This document shows, in pieces, positions 9,790 to 18,779 of a stretch of 32,000 bases of DNA. The translations under genes and the position numbers were made by a program. Position 1 is the stretch's first letter. The number at the start of each line of letters is the position of its first letter. Under the pieces are notes generated by a model. That model did no database searches and was not told the DNA's origin. It was given only the letters and a program-made list of their open reading frames with translations. Source of the stretch: Aliivibrio fischeri ES114 (GTDB lineage Bacteria; Pseudomonadota; Gammaproteobacteria; Enterobacterales; Vibrionaceae); NCBI RefSeq assembly GCF_000011805.1, contig NC_006842.1; one strand, given 5' to 3'.

Positions 9790-10821
9790 ATGAAAATCAA
9801 AAATATTGCGTTACTTATGGCTGGGTTATCCTTTAATGCACTGGCTATTGAAAACGGCACATCGGTGAATTGGAATAACTACGATGACATGGTCAAACTG
9901 TATTCTACTGATAACGCCCAAACTTGCTCAGGCACACTGATTGCAGGTAAATACCTTTTGACTGCTGCGCACTGCTTAGTGCAAGACAACCCAACAACAA
10001 AAGTAAAATCAACTTGGGGGCAGCAATACACCGTCATTACTGACAATACGCACCCTGATTATGATGTATTTAATGGTAATTGGCATGACGTGGCAATTTC
10101 TGAATTAAACCAATCAATTGATGCAAAAACTGTTCATTTCTTTGCTGATTTAACCAAAGATACGGTTAAAGAAAATGACGCATTGCGTGTTTTTGGCTTT
10201 GGTGCAACGGGCGAACAACTTAATTACGCATCATTAACTATGATTAATGAAGTTGGTGGGCCGCAAGACCGCTTAGATGGTAAAGTCATTACCAACGGTG
10301 CTGGTGATATTACTGGAGGCAATACCATTGGTGGTGATTCAGGCGGTGCATGGCTAAATAAAAATAATACTATTGTCGCCACTCACAAAGGCGGAGATTG
10401 GTTAAACTCTGTTAGAGAAACCTACTCAACCAACTTGCATTACAGCAAACAATTTATTTTAGATACGGTCAATGGTTGGCATTACCCAACGCTGGCGAAT
10501 ACTTCTAATGGCACCGCAACCATTACCGTTCAATCACTGCACGTAAACCCAACAGTGGATACGGCTTACACCTCTGGTGATGCAACTATTACTGGCGGTA
10601 CTTGTACAACAATGAGCTCGGTATCTGCATTTAAAACGTGTACTTATGAAATCGAAAGCCAAGGCGGTATCGGTGCACTTCACTTAACGGATAATGAAAC
10701 TATCTCAATCAATAAACCAACACCAACGCCTGAAACCTCTGGCGGTGGAGAAGAAGGCGGTAGTCTTGGATTCTTATCCCTAATCGGATTACTTGGCCTT
10801 GGTGTCATCAGAAGAAAATAG
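9790..10821 (+). CDS. Secreted trypsin-like serine protease with GlyGly-CTERM-like C-terminus
   Basis: Signal peptide, LLTAAHC, HDVAI, GGDSGGAW motifs; C-terminal GGGEEGGSLGFLSLIGLLGLGVIRRK. Confidence 0.93.
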   Translation: MKIKNIALLMAGLSFNALAIENGTSVNWNNYDDMVKLYSTDNAQTCSGTLIAGKYLLTAAHCLVQDNPTTKVKSTWGQQYTVITDNTHPDYDVFNGNWHDVAISELNQSIDAKTVHFFADLTKDTVKENDALRVFGFGATGEQLNYASLTMINEVGGPQDRLDGKVITNGAGDITGGNTIGGDSGGAWLNKNNTIVATHKGGDWLNSVRETYSTNLHYSKQFILDTVNGWHYPTLANTSNGTATITVQSLHVNPTVDTAYTSGDATITGGTCTTMSSVSAFKTCTYEIESQGGIGALHLTDNETISINKPTPTPETSGGGEEGGSLGFLSLIGLLGLGVIRRK

Positions 10822-10822
10822 A

Positions 10823-10999
10823 ATGAAACCACAACGAGGTAAAGAAAGACCCTTTATCGCATTGGAAATGACAGCAAAGCATGAGAAATACGGATTTACC
10901 TCATTGGAAACATTATCAACATGGAACTCAAAGATAAGCAAAAACAAAGAGACTCATTTCACTTGTAAAAAAGAATCGACGTTGATTATCCCAAAATAA
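10823..10999 (+). CDS. Possible 58-aa protein of unknown function
   Basis: ATG at 10823 directly after the protease stop; no recognisable domain; weak RBS; followed by terminator. Confidence 0.35.
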   Translation: MKPQRGKERPFIALEMTAKHEKYGFTSLETLSTWNSKISKNKETHFTCKKESTLIIPK

Positions 11000-11017
11000 A
11001 CAACACCGCTACCCAAT

Positions 11018-11048
11018 AAAAAGCAGACCTAATCGGTTTGCTTTTTTT
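11018..11048 (+). terminator. Intrinsic terminator
   Basis: AAAAAGCAGACC-taatc-GGTTTGCTTTTT with one G.T pair and trailing T run. Confidence 0.8.
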
Positions 11049-11080
11049 ATTCCTGTTATTTACTCAATTGGATCACACTT

Positions 11081-11713
11081 ATGCTACTTCTTTTTTTAGA
11101 GCTGATATCTATTCCTATCATGTTGATAGCAATGTTCTTTTCCATTTATATTATTCAAACCACACCATCAACCATTCATAATTTAAATCATCGATACCAA
11201 AAAACAGGAGGCATTGGTATTGCAATAATATGCACAACTCTACTTGGTTTACCTGAGCCCAATTATTTATTGTATGGCCTTATTATCGGATTTTTGATTT
11301 TCCATTTTTTCTATGGGTTTAGTGTTACCTCCACGCGCACACAATCACTGGTTATCGTTCCATCGTTACTGAATAAACATCAAGTACAAGTTCATTTAGC
11401 TACCCTGTCACAACCATTTACTCGTAACGTGTATAACGATTTATTCTTAGTCATAGAAGAACTGAAAGCCACGAATGTTCGCACCGTGATATTAGTATCA
11501 CCGATGTTTTCTAAAAAGACAGAATTACGAAATACCTTATTCTTTGAATCCATATTGAAAAAACGAAACATTGCCTTAGAAAGTCATCCTGTTGCGTTCT
11601 ACACAAAACCTTGGTCATGCTTCCTATTAGGCATTCAAAAATACCTATTACAAATACCTAGTATCCAATCCTTGCCATTAACACGCTGGCATAAATACAC
11701 ACTGCACATTTAA
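11081..11713 (+). CDS. Hypothetical membrane protein with cytoplasmic C-terminal domain
   Basis: About two or three N-terminal hydrophobic segments, soluble C-terminal half; 210 aa. Confidence 0.65.
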   Translation: MLLLFLELISIPIMLIAMFFSIYIIQTTPSTIHNLNHRYQKTGGIGIAIICTTLLGLPEPNYLLYGLIIGFLIFHFFYGFSVTSTRTQSLVIVPSLLNKHQVQVHLATLSQPFTRNVYNDLFLVIEELKATNVRTVILVSPMFSKKTELRNTLFFESILKKRNIALESHPVAFYTKPWSCFLLGIQKYLLQIPSIQSLPLTRWHKYTLHI

Positions 11714-11733
11714 ACCTAACACGCCAAATCACG

Positions 11734-11750
11734 ATTATCAGAATGATAAT
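11734..11750. promoter_or_regulatory. Candidate operator palindrome upstream of the virB2-virD4 operon
   Basis: ATTATCA-gaa-TGATAAT, 7-bp perfect arms in the intergenic region. Confidence 0.35.
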
Positions 11751-11823
11751 TGGGAATTGGGGTGCAACAAAGCGAAGCGACGTTAGTTCTCTTCAACCAT
11801 CTTAAAGTAAAGGAAATATTTTT

Positions 11824-12132
11824 ATGAACACGACAGTTTCATACACTTCATCACGGCCATTATTTATCATTTTATGTTTAGTAGTGTTGGTTTTTGCTCT
11901 TTTCCCTGAGTTAGCTCATGCTTCTGGTGGATTAAACAAAGTTAATGATTTTATGGAAGACTTAGCGAAAATTTTACGTGGTGCGTCCATCGTGACTGTA
12001 ACCGTAGCCCTTATGTGGATAGGTTATAAATATCAATTCACTGATTGGGATATTCGAGAGTTTGGAAGAATACTCATGGGTGCGCTGTTAATCGGTGGTG
12101 CTGCTGAGATTGCTCGTTACTTTGTATCATAA
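11824..12132 (+). CDS. virB2: VirB2-like T4SS pilin
   Basis: Signal/TM region ending FALFPELAHASGG, then two hydrophobic helices; followed by virB3/virB4. Confidence 0.85.
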   Translation: MNTTVSYTSSRPLFIILCLVVLVFALFPELAHASGGLNKVNDFMEDLAKILRGASIVTVTVALMWIGYKYQFTDWDIREFGRILMGALLIGGAAEIARYFVS

Positions 12133-12143
12133 GGAGAGTAACC

Positions 12144-12446
12144 ATGTCTGAGCCGATATTTAAAGCCTGTACTCGCCCCTCAATGCTGTTTTCAGTCCCA
12201 TTAGTACCGTTAATGCTCTCTAATGCCATTATCTTTTTAGTTGGCATGTGGGCGAACTACTTTGGTCTTGGACTGTGGCTCTTTATTCTTACTATTCCGA
12301 ACTACTTAACTTTACGGTTTATCACCAAATTGGATGATGCCAATCTCAGTCTGTTAGGACTGAGATTTAAATGTCGTCGAATGAATCGTAATCGTTCTTT
12401 TTATGGGGCGACGGTATATAGCCCTTTACCATTTAAAAAGAGATAA
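12144..12446 (+). CDS. virB3: VirB3-like T4SS protein
   Basis: 100 aa, FKACTRPSMLFSVPLVPLML motif typical of VirB3; directly before virB4. Confidence 0.9.
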   Translation: MSEPIFKACTRPSMLFSVPLVPLMLSNAIIFLVGMWANYFGLGLWLFILTIPNYLTLRFITKLDDANLSLLGLRFKCRRMNRNRSFYGATVYSPLPFKKR

Positions 12447-12449
12447 ACC

Positions 12450-14903
12450 ATGAAACCCACAAAATACGCAACGGCCATCAATCAAGAAGTATCACTTGCA
12501 CACTACATCCCATACTCAAGTCATTTAACTGATTCGATATTGATCACCACCGATGGTGATTTGCTGCAAATGTTCCGACTCAGTGGTGTTGCTTTTGAAA
12601 CAAAAGACAATGAAGAATTATCATTGTTACACCAACGCCTCAACACGCTATATAAAGGCTTATCAGAATCCGATGTCAGTTTATGGACTCACGTCATCCG
12701 TCGTAAAGTAAAACACACCATTAACGGTGAGTTTAACCAACACTTTGCAGCGCATTTTGATGCGGTATATAACGCGCAGTTTGGCGAAGAAATCATGACC
12801 AATGAGTTTTACGTCACGGTCATACAGCGTTCAACCGATAGACTCAAAAAGCTCAATCGTAATATTGACGCGATTAAAGCACGTTTAGTTGAGCGTATTG
12901 ATGCTTTTACTGAAGTGACCGATTTAATAAAAAATAACTTAGAAAGTTATCATCCAACATCACTGACCTGTAAAACCAATCAGCAAGGTACTGTTCTCTC
13001 TGAGCCATTAACCGTATTAAATTACTTATTGACCCACGAATGGGTCAACGTTCATAAACCAACGGGCGAAATTAAACACGCCATTGGTAATGCTTGGATA
13101 AAAATTGGCTCAGATACCATTGAGCTAAACTCAGTATCTAGTACGCATTATGCACAAGGGATCGATATTAAAGAGTACGCTTCTCGCTCTTATAACGGAT
13201 TGCTCAACGGATTACTTTATAGTGAGTTTGAATTTGTGCTCACTCAATCCTTTAGCTTATATCCACGAAAGATAGCTGCAAAGTTCATTAAGACTCAAAA
13301 AAGAAGAGGCAAAAGCTCAGGGGATGGAGCGATTACTCAGATACAAGATTTAGATCAAGCATCAAATGATTTACTCGATGGTCACTTTGCAATGGGGGAA
13401 TATCATTTCTCATTACTTGTGTTTGGTGATTCCATTGATAACGTTCGTCAATATCGTAGTGAAGCTCAAAAAAGTTTATCTCACTCAGAGTTACTTTGTG
13501 TTCCAATCAAAATCGCTACCGATGCGGCGTTCTTTGCTCAACTCCCTGCCAATTGGGGGTATCGTCCTCGCGTGGTTGGTCTAACGAGCCGAAACTTCGC
13601 CAGTTTCTCACCTTTCCACAATTTTTTAATTGGGAAAAAAGAAGGGAATCCTTGGGGCGATGCGGTCACTCGTTTAAAAACCCTATCGGGACACCCTTTC
13701 TATTTTAATTTTCATTACACCCTCACAGGTGATGATAATTTTAATGAAAAAGTGGCTGGTAACACCCGAATGATAGGCATGACAGGAACGGGAAAAACCG
13801 TTGCTCTTGGCCTACTCTATTGCCAAGCTCAAAAATACGCACAACACAGCCCGTTTAGTACGGTATTTTTTGATAAAGATCGTGGTGCAGAAGTCATGAT
13901 ACGAGCACTTGGTGGTAACTACCTACGAGTGCAAAATGGCAAACAAACAGGGTTTAACCCTCTTCAGATGAACCCAACCCCACAGAATATTTCGTTTCTA
14001 AAACGTTGGGTTCGCCAGTTAGTAGAGTCAAAACAACATCCTCTAACAACGTTAGATGAACGCAGTATCAGCCAAGCGGTAGACACCGTAATGAGAATGG
14101 AAAAACCATTACGTCGATTAACCTTAATTAATCAAAACATTGCGGTTGGAACCAGCAAAGAAGAGAGAGAAAACAGCATAAAAGCGCGGTTAGATAAATG
14201 GTGTCAAGGCGGTGAATTTGCATGGGTGTTCGATAATGATGTAGATCTACTCGATTTCAATTCAGCAACCAACATCGGCATCGATGGCACTGAGTTTCTT
14301 GATAATCACGATATTCGTACTCCCATTTGTTTATACCTACTGCATAGAATGGATGAAGTCATTGATGGCCGTCGATTCTTTTATGTCATGGATGAAGCGT
14401 GGAAATGGGTTAACGATGACGCTTTTTCTGACTTTGTCGGAAACAAACAACTGACGATACGAAAACAAAATGGGTTTGGTGTCTTTGCGACACAATTACC
14501 CTCTTCTCTGCTTGGCTCACCTCAAGGTGCAGCGTTAATCGAATCATGCTCAACTGAGATTTATTTACCGAATCCAAAAGCAAAGCATGACGAATACGTA
14601 ACTGACCTTGGATTATCTGAAAAAGAGTTTTCTATCCTAAAAGAGTTTGGAGAAAAAAGCCGTTTATGCCTGATAAAACAAGGCAATCAATCAGCTATCT
14701 GCTCACTCACAATGCCTGGTATGAGTAATGAATTAACTCTCCTTTCTGCAAGCTCTGACGAGCTGCCTCTCTTTGATGAATCAATCAAAGAAGTGGGAGA
14801 AAATCCTATCGATTGGATCCCAATTTTTCTGCAAAAAGTTCGAGAAGAAAAAGAACGTAAACAAGGAGTTCGTAATGAACAACATCACCCTATTGTGTCT
14901 TAG
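12450..14903 (+). CDS. virB4: VirB4 T4SS ATPase
   Basis: Walker A GMTGTGKTVALG, FFDKDRG, FYVMDEAWK, ATQLPSS. Confidence 0.97.
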   Translation: MKPTKYATAINQEVSLAHYIPYSSHLTDSILITTDGDLLQMFRLSGVAFETKDNEELSLLHQRLNTLYKGLSESDVSLWTHVIRRKVKHTINGEFNQHFAAHFDAVYNAQFGEEIMTNEFYVTVIQRSTDRLKKLNRNIDAIKARLVERIDAFTEVTDLIKNNLESYHPTSLTCKTNQQGTVLSEPLTVLNYLLTHEWVNVHKPTGEIKHAIGNAWIKIGSDTIELNSVSSTHYAQGIDIKEYASRSYNGLLNGLLYSEFEFVLTQSFSLYPRKIAAKFIKTQKRRGKSSGDGAITQIQDLDQASNDLLDGHFAMGEYHFSLLVFGDSIDNVRQYRSEAQKSLSHSELLCVPIKIATDAAFFAQLPANWGYRPRVVGLTSRNFASFSPFHNFLIGKKEGNPWGDAVTRLKTLSGHPFYFNFHYTLTGDDNFNEKVAGNTRMIGMTGTGKTVALGLLYCQAQKYAQHSPFSTVFFDKDRGAEVMIRALGGNYLRVQNGKQTGFNPLQMNPTPQNISFLKRWVRQLVESKQHPLTTLDERSISQAVDTVMRMEKPLRRLTLINQNIAVGTSKEERENSIKARLDKWCQGGEFAWVFDNDVDLLDFNSATNIGIDGTEFLDNHDIRTPICLYLLHRMDEVIDGRRFFYVMDEAWKWVNDDAFSDFVGNKQLTIRKQNGFGVFATQLPSSLLGSPQGAALIESCSTEIYLPNPKAKHDEYVTDLGLSEKEFSILKEFGEKSRLCLIKQGNQSAICSLTMPGMSNELTLLSASSDELPLFDESIKEVGENPIDWIPIFLQKVREEKERKQGVRNEQHHPIVS

Positions 14904-14997
14904 CCTTTTATTATTAAGCGGCTGCTCTAGCGTCTCACCACACGCTCAACCATCCTATCAACAAGCTCCGATTGAGGTGATTAATGATGCTCAATAA
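14875..14997 (+). CDS. virB7: VirB7-like small T4SS lipoprotein
   Basis: MNNITLLCLSLLLLSGCSSVSPH...; 40 aa, lipobox LLSGC, upstream AAGGAG, overlaps virB4 end and virB8 start; real start at 14875 rather than track start 14773. Confidence 0.75.
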   Translation: MNNITLLCLSLLLLSGCSSVSPHAQPSYQQAPIEVINDAQ

Positions 14998-15667
14998 AAA
15001 AGAACAAGCCGCTTTATTTGAAGGCTCTGAGGCTCTGGATTTTGAAGCATCAAAAATGTTAATGGTCGCTAAATCAGAGAATCGAGCGTGGAACATAGCA
15101 AAAGGCGCATGTGCTCTCACGTTTTTATCATGGTTAGCTTTGATCTTTCTTATGCCACTAAAAACGGTTGTGCCTTACGTCGCAATGGTGAATGAAACCA
15201 CAGGTCATACACAATTACTGACAACCATCACCGAAGAGACCATTAGCAAACAAGATGCCCTTGATGCTTATTGGGTGGCCTACTACGTGCGTAATCATGA
15301 AACTTATGATTGGTACACCATTCAAGACAGTTATGACAACACACTGTTACTTTCTAGTGACGAGGTTGGCCGTGATTATGCTGGACTCTTTGAAGGCAAT
15401 AATGCCCTTGATTCGGTATGGGGTAAACGAGTGAAAGCTCAGGTTCGTTTACTCAGTAAACCTATCATCAAGAATAACATTGCTACGGTACGATTTGAAA
15501 AAACCATTAAATCCGTCGATGACACAGGAAAAGGACAACCGACGGTATGGATAGCAACACTTGCTTATCAATACAAATCAGACCCACTAACAGAAGAAGA
15601 ACGCCTTAAAAATCCATTAGGATTTCAGGTGGTCAGTTATCGATTAGATCCCGAACTTATGGAATAG
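14984..15667 (+). CDS. virB8: VirB8-like T4SS protein
   Basis: Single TM, 'YVAMVNETTGHTQLLT', 'YDWYTIQDSYDNTLLLSSDEV' VirB8 features. Confidence 0.93.
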   Translation: MMLNKKEQAALFEGSEALDFEASKMLMVAKSENRAWNIAKGACALTFLSWLALIFLMPLKTVVPYVAMVNETTGHTQLLTTITEETISKQDALDAYWVAYYVRNHETYDWYTIQDSYDNTLLLSSDEVGRDYAGLFEGNNALDSVWGKRVKAQVRLLSKPIIKNNIATVRFEKTIKSVDDTGKGQPTVWIATLAYQYKSDPLTEEERLKNPLGFQVVSYRLDPELME

Positions 15668-15673
15668 AATAAT

Positions 15674-16582
15674 ATGAAAGCCTCGATTTGGTTATTAAGC
15701 TGTTTTGTTTTTACCCCTTGTTTTGCTCTAAACATCCCCGTTCAATCTCCCCTAGACTCCAACATTCAATACTCAACTTATCAAGCTAATAACGTGGTCG
15801 AAGTTACCGCTTACATCGGTATGGCTTCACATATTGTGTTTGATAAATCAGAAAAAATTGAATTGGTTCAATCTGGTTTTTCAGAAGGATGGGAATTTAT
15901 TAAAAATGGAAATCATCTTTTTATCAAAGCGCGTTCAGTGCCAAGCACTGAAACGATCACCGATCATTTAGGTAACGTGACCACAAAAGAGATCTTCATT
16001 ACTCCGTCGAAAGAATGGGAGACCAACTTAATTGTGGTTACAAGTAAACGCAATTACACCTTCCTTCTTACGTTAGGAAAAGGGGATAAAGGACGCAGAC
16101 AAAACACCTACCGTTTGTCGTTTCAGTATCCAGAAGAGAAAGCCGTTCAAGATAAGATTGTCGCGGATATTGCCGTTGAAAAAACAAAACTGGCTAAAGC
16201 CAAAATCGATACTCACTCTGAGCCTGAGATCAGAAACTGGAAATACGTACAACAGGTCGGCAAAAATTCCAGAAACATAGCCCCGTATCGAGCATGGGAT
16301 AATGGTCGCTTTACCTATTTATCATTCAAAAAGAATAGCGAGATACCGGCTATTTTTATGGTATCTGAAACGGGACAAGAAACCCTTGTCAATATCAACA
16401 TTGATATTAACGATCCTGATACGGTCATCATCCAACGTATTGCAAAACAATTTGTATTACGCCTTGATGATTCCGTTGTCGGTATCACCAACAAAGGATT
16501 CAATACGTTAAACGTCAACAATGATACGGGTAGCACCATTAAGAACGTGGTCAGAGAAGTAAAAGGAGTGGATACACCATGA
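15674..16582 (+). CDS. virB9: VirB9-like T4SS outer membrane complex protein
   Basis: Signal peptide, 'VVEVTAYIGMASHIVFDKSEKI', C-terminal 'RLDDSVVGITNKGFN'. Confidence 0.93.
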   Translation: MKASIWLLSCFVFTPCFALNIPVQSPLDSNIQYSTYQANNVVEVTAYIGMASHIVFDKSEKIELVQSGFSEGWEFIKNGNHLFIKARSVPSTETITDHLGNVTTKEIFITPSKEWETNLIVVTSKRNYTFLLTLGKGDKGRRQNTYRLSFQYPEEKAVQDKIVADIAVEKTKLAKAKIDTHSEPEIRNWKYVQQVGKNSRNIAPYRAWDNGRFTYLSFKKNSEIPAIFMVSETGQETLVNINIDINDPDTVIIQRIAKQFVLRLDDSVVGITNKGFNTLNVNNDTGSTIKNVVREVKGVDTP

Positions 16583-17769
16583 CAATTGAGCATTTAGAAG
16601 GTGAAGCACTTTCTATCCCAAGTACAAACTCAAATCAAAGAGATAAGAAACACGTTCTTCTCTTTTTGATTATTTGTGGTTTTATCTTAAGTTGTTTGAT
16701 TTGGTTTATCTTTTTCAATTCTAGTGACAAAGAAAGCGTATCAGCACCAACGCAACCAAGTATCAATACATCCACTCATAAAGCGTCAACACCTCAATCA
16801 AATAAAACATTTGAGTGGAAACCATCTGAGCCATCACAACCTGAGCAAAAGGACGTTGAAGATACGAGCACAGAAACAAAGGAAAAGATTGTTGATACAC
16901 CGCCCGTAGCTCCTGTATCGCAACCTTTACCACCAAACGGCCAACTAAATAGTTATACGCCAAAACGAACCGTTGCACAGATAGACAAAAGCAAATCATC
17001 AATGTCTTCTGGCTCTCAAGGCTCAGAAAACGGATTGCAATTAACACCACCATACCCAACGTATCCAAGCGTTCCGACCACTGGCACACCATCGTCATTT
17101 TTCAATACTCAAGAAAATGACAATGAAAGCAACAACAGTCAAAGGATCACTTCGTTATTAAACACCAGTAAAACTGAAAATTCCGTTGCCGCCGTTTTAT
17201 ACAACCGTGATTACTTACTGGCAAAAGGGGCGTACATAGATTGCGTTCTTAATACCAGTATGAACTCTACCGTTGCAGGGATGACAAAATGCACCTTGAC
17301 TCGTGATATTTACAGCGATAACGGTAACACCTTATTGATCGAGCGTGGCTCAGAAGTCACAGGGGAATATCGAGCTAACCTATCACAAGGACAAGCAAGG
17401 CTGTTTGTTCTATGGGATAGAGTAAAAACCCCTCACGGTGTCATTGTTGATTTGGCATCACCAGCAACCGACAGTTTAGGTGCAGGAGGCGTGAACGGTT
17501 ACGTTGATACGCATTTCTGGGAGCGATTCGGTGGCGCCATGATGTTATCTCTTGTTGACGATCTGGCTGGATACATGGCAACGAATGGCGGAAAAAGCAT
17601 TAACAACTTTGAAAACTCCTCCAATGCTGCGCAAGATATGGCAGCAGAGGCATTAAAAAACACCATCAATATTCCACCGACGTTCTACAAAAACCAAGGT
17701 GAGCGTATCGGCATTTTCATTGCTCGTGATATTGATTTCTCCAAGGTCTACCGCTTAAAGGTTCAATGA
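16579..17769 (+). CDS. virB10: VirB10-like T4SS protein
   Basis: TM plus Pro-rich region, 'LLAKGAYIDCVLNTSMNSTVAGMTKCTLTRDIYSDNG' and 'ERIGIFIARDIDFSKVY'. Confidence 0.95.
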   Translation: MTIEHLEGEALSIPSTNSNQRDKKHVLLFLIICGFILSCLIWFIFFNSSDKESVSAPTQPSINTSTHKASTPQSNKTFEWKPSEPSQPEQKDVEDTSTETKEKIVDTPPVAPVSQPLPPNGQLNSYTPKRTVAQIDKSKSSMSSGSQGSENGLQLTPPYPTYPSVPTTGTPSSFFNTQENDNESNNSQRITSLLNTSKTENSVAAVLYNRDYLLAKGAYIDCVLNTSMNSTVAGMTKCTLTRDIYSDNGNTLLIERGSEVTGEYRANLSQGQARLFVLWDRVKTPHGVIVDLASPATDSLGAGGVNGYVDTHFWERFGGAMMLSLVDDLAGYMATNGGKSINNFENSSNAAQDMAAEALKNTINIPPTFYKNQGERIGIFIARDIDFSKVYRLKVQ

Positions 17770-18779
17770 ATATGACAATAGGCAAAGATACCACCATCAA
17801 TCACTTATTTAAGCCTCTTAATGAATGGCTTGAAGATGAAGACATTACTGAAATTGCCATCAATCAACCAAATGAAGTGTGGATTGAAAAGCACGACCAA
17901 TGGACATCTTATTCTTGTAACGCGCTTTCATTTGACCATCTCAATTCAATGGCGACAGCGGTCGCCTCTTTTTGTGATAACAATATTTCAGTCAGTCAGC
18001 CAATTTTATCAGCAACGTTACCCAAAGGAGAACGTATCCAATTTGTTATACCTCCAGCGTGTAGCCCGAACACGGTAAGCATCACCATACGAAAACCTAA
18101 CATTGCTCAACGCACCTTAAAAGATTATGTACGAGACGGCTTTTTCAATCATGTGATCCCTACTCAACAAACAATGTCCCCTATCGACAAACAATTATTG
18201 GATCTCAAAGACACAGATCTATCTACGTTTTTGAAATTAGCCATTAATGCTCAAAAAACCATTGTGATTGCAGGAGGGACAGGCTCAGGTAAAACCACAT
18301 TTATGAAGATGTTAGTTGACTTAATTCCCAAAGCTCAACGCATTATTACCATTGAAGATGTGTCTGAATTGTTTCTACCAAATACACCCAATAAGGTGCA
18401 TTTGTTTTACCCAAGTGAAGCAACACAAAGCGATCCTGTCACTTCAGCAAAACTACTTAAAAGCTGTTTACGCATGAAACCCGATCGCATTTTATTAGCA
18501 GAACTTCGAGGCGCAGAAACCTTTGATTTTGTGAATATCGCAGCATCAGGTCATGGCGGAAGCATCACCAGTTGCCACGCAGGAAGCGTGGCACTGACCT
18601 TTGAGCGATTAGCCGCCATGATGATGAAAAACCCCGAAGCCATCTCCTTGCCTTATGAAGCCATCGTAAAATTACTTCATCAAGTCATTGATATTGTCAT
18701 CCATATAGAAAATGACGTTCATTCGGATAATCCAATAGGTCGTCATATAACAGAAGTGTGGTTTAAACCAAATGAATAA
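17766..18779 (+). CDS. virB11: VirB11 T4SS ATPase
   Basis: AGGTGSGKTTFMK, TIEDVSELFLP, LRMKPDRILLAELRG, GHGGSITSCHAG. Confidence 0.96.
   Translation: MNMTIGKDTTINHLFKPLNEWLEDEDITEIAINQPNEVWIEKHDQWTSYSCNALSFDHLNSMATAVASFCDNNISVSQPILSATLPKGERIQFVIPPACSPNTVSITIRKPNIAQRTLKDYVRDGFFNHVIPTQQTMSPIDKQLLDLKDTDLSTFLKLAINAQKTIVIAGGTGSGKTTFMKMLVDLIPKAQRIITIEDVSELFLPNTPNKVHLFYPSEATQSDPVTSAKLLKSCLRMKPDRILLAELRGAETFDFVNIAASGHGGSITSCHAGSVALTFERLAAMMMKNPEAISLPYEAIVKLLHQVIDIVIHIENDVHSDNPIGRHITEVWFKPNE

Noticed and set aside
13366-13708. Two overlapping + strand ORFs (72 and 70 aa) inside virB4
   Set aside because: Out-of-frame shadows of virB4, low-complexity hydrophobic/basic translations, no convincing RBS
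16763-17098. 111-codon minus-strand ORF
   Set aside because: Antisense to the Pro/Thr/Ser-rich linker of virB10, whose composition tends to leave antisense frames open
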